NCBI GenBank assembly: GCA_001803315.1
Contig: MHBQ01000151.1
Location: 13,063-77,062 of the forward strand
Reading direction: 5' to 3'
DNA length: 64,000 nt
Source: Lentisphaerae bacterium RIFOXYC12_FULL_60_16
GTDB lineage: Bacteria > Verrucomicrobiota > Kiritimatiellia > UBA8416 > YA12-FULL-60-10
A program made the position numbers and the translations under genes. Shown here in pieces: positions 30,213 to 40,064 of the stretch. Every line of letters starts with the position of its first letter. Position 1 is the first letter of the stretch. The notes beneath the pieces were generated by a model. It saw only the letters and a program-made list of their open reading frames with translations. It did no database searches and was not told where the DNA came from.

Positions 30213-30649
30213 TCAGTTGCACGGAATTCATCCCCGCTTACAGTGAATTATTCAAGACCCTGGAACGACTGGGCGGGACTCCGGCCGTTGAAGCTTTCTG
30301 GAACGACCTGTCTGACCGTTTCCTGAACAACCTTCGCGACCTGGTGGTTCAACACGGTATACGGGGATGTTGGCTCTACTGGAGCCAAACACTCAACGAA
30401 GAAGCCGCCCACTTCACGATGGAACTGGACGAGGAAGCCGGAGAATTTCGAATCCTGATGCATGCCTGTCCTTCCAAGGGACGACTGCTCAGCCTTTCCC
30501 ATGTCACCCCCTTTCGTGATTACTGTCGCCACTGTGATGTGTTGTACCGGCGGGTTCTTGAACCCCTGGGGTACGCGTATCATTTTGATTCAACCGGCTG
30601 CGACAAGGCCAGCTGCTCAATCCACGTGCGACGACGCCGGACATCCTGA
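30209..30649 (+). CDS. Cys-rich small protein B (paralog of protein A)
   Basis: The ATG at 30209 overlaps the stop of protein A (ATGA). Blocks ACPS...YCRHCD...GCDKASCSIHVRR align with protein A. Confidence 0.6.
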   Translation: MISCTEFIPAYSELFKTLERLGGTPAVEAFWNDLSDRFLNNLRDLVVQHGIRGCWLYWSQTLNEEAAHFTMELDEEAGEFRILMHACPSKGRLLSLSHVTPFRDYCRHCDVLYRRVLEPLGYAYHFDSTGCDKASCSIHVRRRRTS

Positions 30650-30660
30650 ACGGAGTCGGG

Positions 30661-32061
30661 CTAAGCCGGTTCAATCCGAATCTGCAGGGCCGGTTGCCCG
30701 GGTTCCACCACCTGCCATCCCTGCGCCACGCGATACCCTGGAATCCATATGATTTCATCGCCGCAACAAACCAGCGGCACATGGGCGCGTCGATCACGTG
30801 GCACATGGGTGTCGGTAAAAATATCCTGAAGCTTCCTGGTACCCGACATGCCCAACGGCCGGAATCGATCACCGGGCATCCAGGACCGCACCGTCAAACG
30901 ACGCCGGCCGGCAAGGGGGGACAACGTCGCTTCAGCCGGAAGCAACCCCGGCATCGTGGAATCCGGTTTACGGACAACCGGCTCCCACCAGGTCGATACA
31001 CGACATCCGACAACGGGTATCCGGCACTCACCAGGAGTCCTAAACGGCACACAAAACGAAACCGGCATAATCCGTTTATCACGCCGCAACTCCAGGATGC
31101 CGTAGGCATTGCGTACCCGCCAGCCATCAACCAACATCAGGATGGAACTCCCATGACGTCGTTCCGCCAATGCTTCAACCCGGGCGACCGTGTCAAAATC
31201 AGCGGCCTGCGACGGCAAGCCTTGTGCCGTCAGCCACAATCGGACCATGCGTCTGCGCAAGGCCGCCGGAACGGATTGCAATCCCCGGCCGTTCAAGCGG
31301 TGCAGCCCGTGGCCATCGATATGCCGGTGCAAGCGTTCGATGGCTTGAACTTCCATCCACTGGTCTTCCTCACGCATGATGTCTGCCGTACGAACCAGCA
31401 CCTGACGAACCGCGGGATTCAACGCCCGTTCCAACAGCGGAAGTATTTCCATGCGAATTCGGTTCCGACGCGGATCCGGCAAGCGGTTGGAACCATCTTC
31501 CCGCCAGGCAATATTTTGCCGGCGAAGGTACTCGATAATTTCAGTCCGGGGAATTGACAACAAGGGGCGAACCACCGGCACGCCATCCCATAAGGTAACC
31601 CGCGGAATTCCACCGAGACCGCGCACGCCCGAGCCTCGCACGATCCGGAACAAAACCGTCTCAGCCTGATCATCCGCCTGATGCGCCGTGGCGATACACT
31701 GAGCCTTCACGCGACGAGCCGTCCTGGCCAGAAAATCATAACGCGTCTGTCGAGCGGCCTCCTCCAACGACATGCCGGTCCGTTGCGCAACGGCGGGAAC
31801 TTTCGCGTGCCCCACGATGCATCGCAACTTCAAGCGGGCTGCCTGTTCCCTGACAAAACGCGCATCCGCTCGCGATTGATTTCCCCGTATACCATGGTCC
31901 AAATGGGCAACCGTCAACCGCATATGCCAGGAAGACGACAAGGCATACAGGATCTCCATCATGGCCATGGAATCGGCACCACCGGAAATCGCCAGCAAAA
32001 CATGCTGACCAGGCACCACCAGTCGAAAGCGCTGTATGGCAGACCGGACTTTCGTAATCAT
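30661..32061 (-). CDS. tilS: tRNA(Ile)-lysidine synthetase
   Basis: PP-loop LLAISGGADS, HLDHGIRG, C-terminal TilS substrate domain. Confidence 0.9.
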   Translation of the reverse strand: MITKVRSAIQRFRLVVPGQHVLLAISGGADSMAMMEILYALSSSWHMRLTVAHLDHGIRGNQSRADARFVREQAARLKLRCIVGHAKVPAVAQRTGMSLEEAARQTRYDFLARTARRVKAQCIATAHQADDQAETVLFRIVRGSGVRGLGGIPRVTLWDGVPVVRPLLSIPRTEIIEYLRRQNIAWREDGSNRLPDPRRNRIRMEILPLLERALNPAVRQVLVRTADIMREEDQWMEVQAIERLHRHIDGHGLHRLNGRGLQSVPAALRRRMVRLWLTAQGLPSQAADFDTVARVEALAERRHGSSILMLVDGWRVRNAYGILELRRDKRIMPVSFCVPFRTPGECRIPVVGCRVSTWWEPVVRKPDSTMPGLLPAEATLSPLAGRRRLTVRSWMPGDRFRPLGMSGTRKLQDIFTDTHVPRDRRAHVPLVCCGDEIIWIPGYRVAQGWQVVEPGQPALQIRIEPA

Positions 32062-32091
32062 CGAATTCTCCGGATGGTCACAGCCGGCTGA

Positions 32092-33369
32092 TCAATGGGG
32101 AAGGGGTAACCGATCGACCCCCCCCAGGTACGGGGCTAACACCGCCGGCAACAGAACCGAACCGTCCGCTTGCTGGCCATTCTCCAAGAGCGCCACGACC
32201 AAGCGGGCCAACGCTACACCCGAACCATTCAACGTGTGGACAAAATTTATTTTGCCTTTTGCATCCCGATAACGAATCCCCGCCCGCCGGGCCTGGAAAT
32301 CCTCAAAGTTGCTGCATGAAGAGACTTCCAACCAGGCGTTCTGGCCGGGAGCCCACAGTTCGATATCATAACACTTCGCAGCCGCAAAGCTGATATCACC
32401 GGAACACAACATGAGAACCCGATACGGCAATTGCAGGCGTTGAAGAATGTCTTCCGCATTGAGCACCAGCGATTCCAGTTCTTCATACGAGGTTGCCGGA
32501 TCGGTGAACTTGACCATTTCAACCTTGTCAAATTGATGCACCCGGATCAACCCACGCGTGTCCCGTCCCGCCGCCCCCGCCTCACGCCGGAAACACGGGG
32601 TATAAGCCGTCAAATAGATCGGCAGGGGGGAACTGATCACTTCGTCACGGTAGTAATTGGTAACCGGAACTTCCGCGGTCGGTATCAGGTACAAGTCGTC
32701 TTCCGGGATGGCATACATGTCATCCTTCATCTTCGGAAGTTGGCCCGTTCCCGTCATGGAAGCCGCATTTACCACGACCGGAGGCCAGAGTTCCGTATAG
32801 CCATGATCGCGAACATGAATGTCCAGCATGAACTGTATCAGGGCACGCTGCAAACGCGCACCCAAGCCGACATACAAAGGGAATCCAGCACCCGAAATCT
32901 TGGTTCCACGCGCGAAATCAACAACCCCAAGTTTCTCTGCCAGTTCGACATGCGACCGGGGCATGAAATTAAATGTCGGAACGGTTCCCCAGGTCCTAAC
33001 CACCTGGTTTCCCGATGCATCAAGACCCTTTGGCAGACCGGGATGCGGGATGTTGGGAATCATCAACAACATCGCCTGAAGTCTTTCATCCGCCTTTCGT
33101 ATGCGTTCATCCAACGCGCCAATCTGGTCGCCGACCTGCCGCATGGACGCCTCGGCCTCAGCCGTATCATCACCCCGCTTGCGTCGCAACCCGATTTCCT
33201 TGGACACACGGTTGCGAACCCCCTTGAGCGATTCCACCTCCGTTACCATCTGACGCCGTTCCAAGTCGATATCCCGGATGGCAGAAACACCATCCGGCTT
33301 AACACCTCGGGCAGCAAGTCCAACAACGACCGCGTCATACTGATCACGAATCCGTTTTATATCGAGCAT
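32092..33369 (-). CDS. serS: seryl-tRNA synthetase
   Basis: MLDIKRIRD start (ATG at 33369), coiled-coil arm, class II motifs FRREAG, GLIRVHQFDKVE, TLNGSG. Confidence 0.95.
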   Translation of the reverse strand: MLDIKRIRDQYDAVVVGLAARGVKPDGVSAIRDIDLERRQMVTEVESLKGVRNRVSKEIGLRRKRGDDTAEAEASMRQVGDQIGALDERIRKADERLQAMLLMIPNIPHPGLPKGLDASGNQVVRTWGTVPTFNFMPRSHVELAEKLGVVDFARGTKISGAGFPLYVGLGARLQRALIQFMLDIHVRDHGYTELWPPVVVNAASMTGTGQLPKMKDDMYAIPEDDLYLIPTAEVPVTNYYRDEVISSPLPIYLTAYTPCFRREAGAAGRDTRGLIRVHQFDKVEMVKFTDPATSYEELESLVLNAEDILQRLQLPYRVLMLCSGDISFAAAKCYDIELWAPGQNAWLEVSSCSNFEDFQARRAGIRYRDAKGKINFVHTLNGSGVALARLVVALLENGQQADGSVLLPAVLAPYLGGVDRLPLPH

Positions 33370-33471
33370 GGCCGCTCTCCCACCTTTTGCCGGAAATATT
33401 CTAACGAAACACCGATGCCGATGCAATTACCGTTACAACCCCGCCTCCGACATAACAACGCCCTATAGCAA

Positions 33472-33504
33472 GAAGGCCCGCAAGCCAATAACTTGCGAGC
33501 CTTC
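33472..33504 (-). terminator. putative hairpin terminator after rplQ
   Basis: GAAGGC(C/T)CGCAAG ... CTTGCG(A)GCCTTC stem (13 bp, 1 mismatch, 7-nt loop), 27 nt downstream of the rplQ stop. The trailing T-tract is weak. Confidence 0.4.
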
Positions 33505-33530
33505 CCTATCCACCCGTTACCGGGAAATCA

Positions 33531-33953
33531 TTATTTCGCCGGTTCGGATTGCTTGGTCGTATCGGCTTTTGGCTTTCGAGTTTTTACAACCGGTTGTATG
33601 CCGATCCACTCAACCATGGCCATTTCAGATCCGTCACCGGGACGCAAACGCCCCAGTTTAACAACCCGCGTATAGCCGCCGTTCCGCCCCTGCATAACCG
33701 GAACAACATCCTTCATAAGCATGGAAACAACATCCGGACGGTGCAATCGACTGATCAGATTTCGTCGAGCCGCCAAAGTCCCTTGACGGGCACGGGTAAG
33801 CACCCGTTCAGCAAGACGCTGTGCGACTTTTGCCTTGACCAGTGTCGTTGTGATGCGTTTTTCCAGGATCAATCCACAGACAAGAGCCGCCACCATGGCA
33901 GACCGATGTGCTGGGCTCCGACCTAACCGTTTATCCAATTTCCTGTGGCGCAT
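33531..33953 (-). CDS. rplQ: 50S ribosomal protein L17
   Basis: MRHRKLDKRLGRSPAHR, follows rpoA. Confidence 0.96.
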   Translation of the reverse strand: MRHRKLDKRLGRSPAHRSAMVAALVCGLILEKRITTTLVKAKVAQRLAERVLTRARQGTLAARRNLISRLHRPDVVSMLMKDVVPVMQGRNGGYTRVVKLGRLRPGDGSEMAMVEWIGIQPVVKTRKPKADTTKQSEPAK

Positions 33954-33968
33954 GGAGTGCCTTCCCGC

Positions 33969-34988
33969 CTACTGACCCGCTTCGGACACGCCTGCTTCCG
34001 GAACCTTCAACAGGTCCGTATCAAACGTCATTCCCAACGCAAGGCCCAATTCTGACAGCTTACCTTTGATTTCGTTCAACGACTTTTTGCCAAAATTCCG
34101 ATACTTCAGCATTTCAGCCTCGGTCTTTTGCGCCAATTCGCCGACGGTTGTAATGTTGGCGTTGTTCAGGCAGTTCGCCGCACGCACGCTCAACTCAATC
34201 TCGTTGACGCTCATGGCCAACTTACGTCGCAGATCTTCGCGTTCCTCATCAATCTGCTTTTCTGTCTCTTCAAATTCGATGACGTTTTCATCAAAATTGA
34301 CAAACACATCGAGATGATGACGCAGAATAGCCGACGACATGGTTAACGCGTCTTCCGGTGTTACCCGACCATCGGTCCAGACTTCCAAGATCAATTTGTC
34401 ATAATCCGTACGCTGGCCAACCCGTGTGTTTTCCGTCGTGAAATTCACACGCGAGACAGGCGAAAATATAGCATCAATCGGTATCCGACCAATCTCCTGA
34501 ACCTGCTTTTTATTCCATTCTGCCGGATAAAAACCACGCCCCGTCTTGACTTCCAGTTCCATTTCCAGCTTACCGTCAGAGGCCAGCGTGGCAATGTGAA
34601 AATCAGGATTGAGAACTTCAACCGCACCTTCCGCCTCAATATCCTTGGCCGTCACCTCACCCGGTCCTGACTTCTTGACAATCAGGGTTCCCGGATCCCG
34701 CACGTGGCTCTTCAGCAGGACTTTCTTGAGGTTCAGGATAATATCCGTCACATCTTCCACAACACCCGGAAGGCAACAGAACTCATGGTCGGCGCCGGCA
34801 ATCTTAACCGAGGTAATGGCGGCACCCTCGATCGAGGAAAGCAACACACGGCGCAGGGAATTCCCCAAAGTCCGTCCATAACCAATCTCAAACGGTTCCG
34901 CAATAAAGCGGGCATAACGGTCCGTAGCGGTAGCCTCATCCTTGGTCAACCGTTGCGGCATCTCAAACCTGCTTAATCGTATCGGCAT
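33969..34988 (-). CDS. rpoA: DNA-directed RNA polymerase subunit alpha
   Basis: GNSLRRVLLSS and C-terminal domain ELSVRAANCLNNANITTVGEL. Confidence 0.97.
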   Translation of the reverse strand: MPIRLSRFEMPQRLTKDEATATDRYARFIAEPFEIGYGRTLGNSLRRVLLSSIEGAAITSVKIAGADHEFCCLPGVVEDVTDIILNLKKVLLKSHVRDPGTLIVKKSGPGEVTAKDIEAEGAVEVLNPDFHIATLASDGKLEMELEVKTGRGFYPAEWNKKQVQEIGRIPIDAIFSPVSRVNFTTENTRVGQRTDYDKLILEVWTDGRVTPEDALTMSSAILRHHLDVFVNFDENVIEFEETEKQIDEEREDLRRKLAMSVNEIELSVRAANCLNNANITTVGELAQKTEAEMLKYRNFGKKSLNEIKGKLSELGLALGMTFDTDLLKVPEAGVSEAGQ

Positions 34989-35057
34989 ATCCCTGTCCTT
35001 TCCATCCCGTGGCCCCGCCCTGCGGGCGAACCTTTTTCACGGGCAACCGTCTTCAGG

Positions 35058-35687
35058 CTACTTCGAATAGAGTTCCACCACCAATTGCTCGTTGACAATA
35101 GGCGCGATCTCTTCCCGCGTCGGCACACGGACATATTGACCGTTAAACGCCGCATCATCACGGGTCATCCATGCCGGGACCGGTGCATTGCCCAAAGCAT
35201 CCAAGCAACGCTTAACGCCTTCCCTTACACCCGAACGGTCCTTGATCTGGATCACCGATCCAGGCTTCAATTCGATGGATGCTGACTGCGCCCGCCGGGC
35301 ATTTACCGTCACATGATTATGTAACACCATCTGCCGGGCAGCCTGCCGTGAAGGAGCGAACCCCATTCGGTATACAACATTATCCAGACGTGATTCCAAA
35401 GACTGAAGGAGTTGTTCGCCCGTCACACCACGACGTCGCAACGCGCGCTTGAAAACCAACCGGAACTGGGCTTCCTGCATGCCATACTGCCGTTTCAACC
35501 GCTGCTTTTCGCGCAACTGAACGGCATATTCGGATGATTTTCGCGCCCGGCGCTGACCATGCACGCCCGGCGCAGGCTTTTCCCTCTCGATTGCGCATTT
35601 TGCCATGCTGCAACGCGTACCCTTCAGGAAGAGTTTCATCCCTTCCCGACGACAACGCTTGCATACAGGCCCCGTGTACCTGGCCAT
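35058..35687 (-). CDS. rpsD: 30S ribosomal protein S4
   Basis: MARYTGPVCKRCRREG (ATG at 35687), followed by an S4 RNA-binding domain. Confidence 0.96.
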   Translation of the reverse strand: MARYTGPVCKRCRREGMKLFLKGTRCSMAKCAIEREKPAPGVHGQRRARKSSEYAVQLREKQRLKRQYGMQEAQFRLVFKRALRRRGVTGEQLLQSLESRLDNVVYRMGFAPSRQAARQMVLHNHVTVNARRAQSASIELKPGSVIQIKDRSGVREGVKRCLDALGNAPVPAWMTRDDAAFNGQYVRVPTREEIAPIVNEQLVVELYSK

Positions 35688-35688
35688 C

Positions 35689-36174
35689 CTACACTCTCCT
35701 TCTCTTGCGGGGGCGGCATCCATTATGCGGAACCGGCGTCACATCCTTGATCACCGACACCGTCATCCCGGATGACTGTAATGCCCGAATAGCAGATTCA
35801 CGACCGGACCCGGCACCCTGTACACGCACTTCCACCTCGCGCATCCCACGGGCAACCGCCTGGCGTCCTGCATCCTGTGCCGCCATGGTCGCCGCAAAAG
35901 CCGTGCTTTTCCTGGACCCCTTGAAACCGGCCTTTCCCGCCGTACTCCATGCAATAACACCACCCGACGGATCGGTAATTGACACCATGGTATTGTTAAA
36001 CGTTGCGAGGACATAAGCGATTCCCATCGGAACGCTTTTGGCTCCGCGCACTTTACGGCGTATCGCCTTCTCGTCACCCTTCGCCTCACCGGCTTCACCG
36101 GGCACTGCCTGATCGACAGGCACGGGATCGGGCAACGCCTGATCTACTGGTTGTTTTTCTTTTTCATCCGCCAT
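35689..36174 (-). CDS. rpsK: 30S ribosomal protein S11 (with ~35-40 aa N-terminal extension)
   Basis: [31 protein letters not shown], and C-terminal [18 protein letters not shown]. Confidence 0.96.
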   Translation of the reverse strand: MADEKEKQPVDQALPDPVPVDQAVPGEAGEAKGDEKAIRRKVRGAKSVPMGIAYVLATFNNTMVSITDPSGGVIAWSTAGKAGFKGSRKSTAFAATMAAQDAGRQAVARGMREVEVRVQGAGSGRESAIRALQSSGMTVSVIKDVTPVPHNGCRPRKRRRV

Positions 36175-36215
36175 GACGCTTGATTCTCCTGACTGCTTTC
36201 ATCCCGCACACGGGA

Positions 36216-36614
36216 TCACGCCGGTTTCTTGGCCGCCGCCCGGGCTTCACCGCGCATAGCACCAACGGTACGTTTCGGTCCCTTTCGAGTCCGGGAATTG
36301 GTCTTCGTCCGTTGCCCGCGCACCGGCAACCCTTTGCGATGCCGAAGACCACGGTAACTGCCGATGCTGATCAGCCGGCGTATGTTCTGGGCAACTTCTC
36401 GACGCAAATCGCCTTCCACATGAAACCGTTCCTGGATTACCCCCTGCAAGCGGCGCAACTCGTCCGGGCTTAAATCGTCGGCTTTCTTGGCCGGATCGAT
36501 ACCCGTCTCCGCCATCAGCAACCGGGATCGCGTTGGGCCAATCCCATGAATATACTGAATGGCATATTCGATGCGCTTCTTGCCCGGTATGTCAACACCC
36601 AATACCCGCGGCAT
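36216..36614 (-). CDS. rpsM: 30S ribosomal protein S13
   Basis: MPRVLGVDIPGKKRIEYAIQYIHGIG. Confidence 0.97.
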   Translation of the reverse strand: MPRVLGVDIPGKKRIEYAIQYIHGIGPTRSRLLMAETGIDPAKKADDLSPDELRRLQGVIQERFHVEGDLRREVAQNIRRLISIGSYRGLRHRKGLPVRGQRTKTNSRTRKGPKRTVGAMRGEARAAAKKPA

Positions 36615-36630
36615 GCCCCATCTCCTCTCT

Positions 36631-36744
36631 TCAGCCCTGTCTCTGCTTGTGGCGTGGATTCGTGCAAATTACACGAATAACGCCACGGCGCCGGACAATC
36701 TTGCACCGTTCACAAATCCGCTTAACCGAACTCCGAACCTTCAC
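36631..36744 (-). CDS. rpmJ: 50S ribosomal protein L36
   Basis: Hand translation of the minus strand gives (GTG)[36 protein letters not shown]-stop, with a CxxC...C...H zinc ribbon. It is too short to appear in the ORF track. Confidence 0.93.
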   Translation of the reverse strand: MKVRSSVKRICERCKIVRRRGVIRVICTNPRHKQRQG

Positions 36745-36813
36745 GATACGTCTCCAAGGTTTTCAGAAAAACGCGTAATGCTATCAACTGACCCGTACCA
36801 CGTCCACATAAAA

Positions 36814-37563
36814 CTACACGCCCTGAGTTAAAACTTGTCCACCATCAACCCCGACCAACACCGTATGTTCAACATGAACCGAAGGAAGACGATCATGCGT
36901 GCATACCGTCCATCCATCCTTCATTACATCCACGTCGCCAACCCCCTGATTCACCATCGGCTCTATCGCCAGCGTCATCCCGGCTTTCAACAACGGCCCC
37001 CGCCCCGGACTTCCAAAATTCGGAACCTCGGGATCTTCATGCAACGCCCGGCCGATACCGTGCCCGACAAATTGTCTCACCACCGAGAATCCAGCCCCCG
37101 TCACCGTCCGTTCAATGGCATGGGATATGTCCCCGACCCGGTTTCCCGTCTTGGCTTCCGCAATCCCAAACGTCAACGCCTCCCGGGCAACCTGAACCTG
37201 ACGAATGGTCAGCATATCCTCAACACCAACCAACACCGTCGTGGCGGTATCTCCAACAAACCCTTCATACCGGACCCCGACATCCAGACTGACAACATCC
37301 CCCAACTTTATTCGCCGTTGTCCGGGTATGCCATGCACCACCTCATCATTCACCGACACGCAAATCAAACCCGGAAATCCCCGGTAGTTCAAAAAGGCGC
37401 TCACACACCCAAGTTCCCGCATCCGGACTTCTGCACAGGCCGCCAATTCCGCGGTTGTAACGCCAGGCATGACCTGCGCCGCCACCGCATCCCGGACATC
37501 CGCAGCACGGCGACACGCCTCACGCATGGCAATGATCTCGGACTTGTTTTTGACCGTGATCAT
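36814..37563 (-). CDS. map: type I methionine aminopeptidase
   Basis: MITVKNKSEIIAMREA (ATG at 37563), VVHGIP, DVG, GHGIG, IEPM. Confidence 0.95.
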   Translation of the reverse strand: MITVKNKSEIIAMREACRRAADVRDAVAAQVMPGVTTAELAACAEVRMRELGCVSAFLNYRGFPGLICVSVNDEVVHGIPGQRRIKLGDVVSLDVGVRYEGFVGDTATTVLVGVEDMLTIRQVQVAREALTFGIAEAKTGNRVGDISHAIERTVTGAGFSVVRQFVGHGIGRALHEDPEVPNFGSPGRGPLLKAGMTLAIEPMVNQGVGDVDVMKDGWTVCTHDRLPSVHVEHTVLVGVDGGQVLTQGV

Positions 37564-37585
37564 GCCATTTCTTACCCGGTCGCCA

Positions 37586-38239
37586 TCAGTCCAACGCCTG
37601 CACAGCACGAACCACTTCCCCCGCCGACGCTTCAGCCTGGCGGTTCGAATTGATCCGCATCAACAACCCCTGTTTTTCATAGAACGCAATCAAGCTTTCC
37701 GTCTGCCGCATATACACATCAAGCCGGTTGACGATGGTCGCCTCCTGATCGTCCGGCCGCTGATACAATGCACCCCCGCACGCATCACAAATGCCGTCCC
37801 GTTTCGGTGGAATATTAACCACATGAAAACAGGTCCCGCAGGCCCGGCAGGTCCGACGACCCGTCAACCGGGAAATCAGCACATCCCGTGGTGTTTCAAG
37901 CAGAAATACTTTACGGATTGAACCATTGCGTTTGGAGAAACTGGCAGCCAACATATCGGCCTGCTGGATGGTACGGGGATACCCATCAAACATATAACCG
38001 GCATCCGGCGTGCCGGCATCCAGACGTTGATCAACCAGCAGATTGATAACGGCATCCGGCACCAGTTCGCCGCGCTTCATGTATCCTTCAGCCTGCCGTC
38101 CCGTCTCGGTACCCCGTTTAACGGCATCACGCAGCATGTCGCCGGTCGACACATGAAGGTAGGCGCACCGATCACGAACCCGCTCCGCCACGGTCCCCTT
38201 GCCGGAACCTGGAGCACCCAGCAGAATAATTGCTTTCAT
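37586..38239 (-). CDS. adk: adenylate kinase (Zn-lid type)
   Basis: LLGAPGSGKGT, and a LID with CRACG...CDACGG. Confidence 0.96.
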   Translation of the reverse strand: MKAIILLGAPGSGKGTVAERVRDRCAYLHVSTGDMLRDAVKRGTETGRQAEGYMKRGELVPDAVINLLVDQRLDAGTPDAGYMFDGYPRTIQQADMLAASFSKRNGSIRKVFLLETPRDVLISRLTGRRTCRACGTCFHVVNIPPKRDGICDACGGALYQRPDDQEATIVNRLDVYMRQTESLIAFYEKQGLLMRINSNRQAEASAGEVVRAVQALD

Positions 38240-38261
38240 CGTCGGTATTTCCCGCCTGCGA

Positions 38262-39608
38262 TCAACGCCGGCCGCGGATGCGTCCCTTCCTCAAGAATCC
38301 ATCATAATGCCGCATCAATAGTTGCGACTCAACCTGCCGCATCGTATCCAAACCAACCCCTACGATAATCAAAAGACTCGTCCCCCCCATAAAGGAAGCC
38401 ACCAGCCAGGGCACACGAAACTGCGTGGCCATGACCATCGGGATAACGGCAATGATCGTGAGGAAAATCGCGCCAATCAGCGTAATACGGGTCATGGTTT
38501 TATCCAGGAATTCAGCGGTTGGCCGACCCGGCCGTATCCCCGGGACATATCCGCCATTCCGTTTCAAATCATCGGCGATCTGCAAGGGGTTGAATTGCGT
38601 CGCCACCCAGAAATAGGAAAAAAACATGATTAAAACGGCTTCCCCAAACAAATAGAGGGGTTCTCCGACACTAAAGGCCGTACCCAGCCGCTGAAAGAAC
38701 ACCAACGGGATTTTTTTCAGCAAAACCGCCGGAAAGGCAATCATGGCACCGGCAAAGATAATCGGCATAACACCCGAATAATTGACGCGAAGCGGCATAT
38801 AGGTGTTTTGCCCACCGAACACCTTTCGTCCCACCACCCGCTTGGTCGTATGAATCGGAATATGCCGCTGCCCCTGTGTCAAAGCAATGGTCCCGGCAGT
38901 AACCAGGAATATCATCACCACCAGCCCGATGAGATGGAAGATGCTGAACTGTGCAACCCCATCCACTTTGGAAAACATGTTGTAAGCCGCAAAAACCGCA
39001 TTCGGCAACCGGCTGACAATGTTGACCATGATGACAATCGAGATACCGTTCCCGATACCCCGCTCGGAAATCTGATCACCCAACCACATCATCAACATGG
39101 TACCGGTCGTCATCGTCAACACCGTCATCAGTCGGAAACCCCACCCCGGATCACTCACGATGACACGTGTAATTCCGAGATTCTCCGGGGATTCCAAACT
39201 GACTGCGAGAAACAAAGCCTGTACGCCGCATATCACAAGGGTCAGGTACCGGGTATACTGGTTCAGCCGCTGCCTCCCGGATTCACCCTCACGCGCAAGC
39301 CGTTCCAGGAAAGGGAATATGGCCGTCATCAATTGCAGAATGATCGAGGCGCTGATATACGGCCATATACTTAAGGCACCAACCGCACAATTACTCAAGG
39401 CACCGCCACTGAACAAGTCCACCCACCCAAGGAAACCACCACCCACCTGGCTCTCAATATCACTGATCACGGCCCGCAAGGCCTGCGCATCCACCCCGGG
39501 AGTCGGGACCGTCGTCACGATCCTGCAAATAAAGATCAAACCCAACGTAAACAGAATTCGTTTACGGAGCTCAGGGATCTTGAAACTGTTGACAAAAGCC
39601 GACAGCAT
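38262..39608 (-). CDS. secY: preprotein translocase subunit SecY
   Basis: 10-TM pattern, GVMPIIFA, position within the spc operon. Confidence 0.97.
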   Translation of the reverse strand: MLSAFVNSFKIPELRKRILFTLGLIFICRIVTTVPTPGVDAQALRAVISDIESQVGGGFLGWVDLFSGGALSNCAVGALSIWPYISASIILQLMTAIFPFLERLAREGESGRQRLNQYTRYLTLVICGVQALFLAVSLESPENLGITRVIVSDPGWGFRLMTVLTMTTGTMLMMWLGDQISERGIGNGISIVIMVNIVSRLPNAVFAAYNMFSKVDGVAQFSIFHLIGLVVMIFLVTAGTIALTQGQRHIPIHTTKRVVGRKVFGGQNTYMPLRVNYSGVMPIIFAGAMIAFPAVLLKKIPLVFFQRLGTAFSVGEPLYLFGEAVLIMFFSYFWVATQFNPLQIADDLKRNGGYVPGIRPGRPTAEFLDKTMTRITLIGAIFLTIIAVIPMVMATQFRVPWLVASFMGGTSLLIIVGVGLDTMRQVESQLLMRHYDGFLRKGRIRGRR

Positions 39609-40057
39609 TAGGACTTCACAACTTTGCAGGAACCGCCTGCCGCCTCGATTTTGGCCTTTGCGGTCGAACTGAATGCATGCGCCTCGACCGTCAAGGCATG
39701 GGACAGCTCACCCACCGCCAACACTTTGACGGGCAATCCAATCCGGCCACGCAACAAGGCCTTTTCCCGCAATAAAGCAGCGGTTACCAGGGTCCCTGCA
39801 GGCAAACGATCGAGTGTACCCAGATTGACCACAGCGTAATCAATCCGGGTTGGATTGGTGAATCCGATCTTGGGAAGACGGCGGATCAGACGCATCTGAC
39901 CACCTTCAAAACCAATCTTCCGCTTGTGCCCTTTACGAGCCAACTGGCCCTTGTGTCCAGCCCCGCATGTCTTGCCGACACCAGATCCCATTCCACGCCC
40001 CACCCGCCTCCGACGATGACGGGAGCCAACACTATTTTTTAACTGATGAAGATTCAT
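39608..40057 (-). CDS. rplO: 50S ribosomal protein L15
   Basis: MNLHQLKN...RVGRGMGSGVGKTCGAGHKGQ (ATG at 40057). Confidence 0.96.
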   Translation of the reverse strand: MNLHQLKNSVGSRHRRRRVGRGMGSGVGKTCGAGHKGQLARKGHKRKIGFEGGQMRLIRRLPKIGFTNPTRIDYAVVNLGTLDRLPAGTLVTAALLREKALLRGRIGLPVKVLAVGELSHALTVEAHAFSSTAKAKIEAAGGSCKVVKS

Positions 40058-40064
40058 GCCGCCT

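Noticed and set aside
33370-33530. Possible T-box or other leader upstream of serS.
   Set aside because: The 161-nt spacer is too short for a T-box and is largely explained by the rplQ terminator-like hairpin. I saw no specifier or T-box motif.
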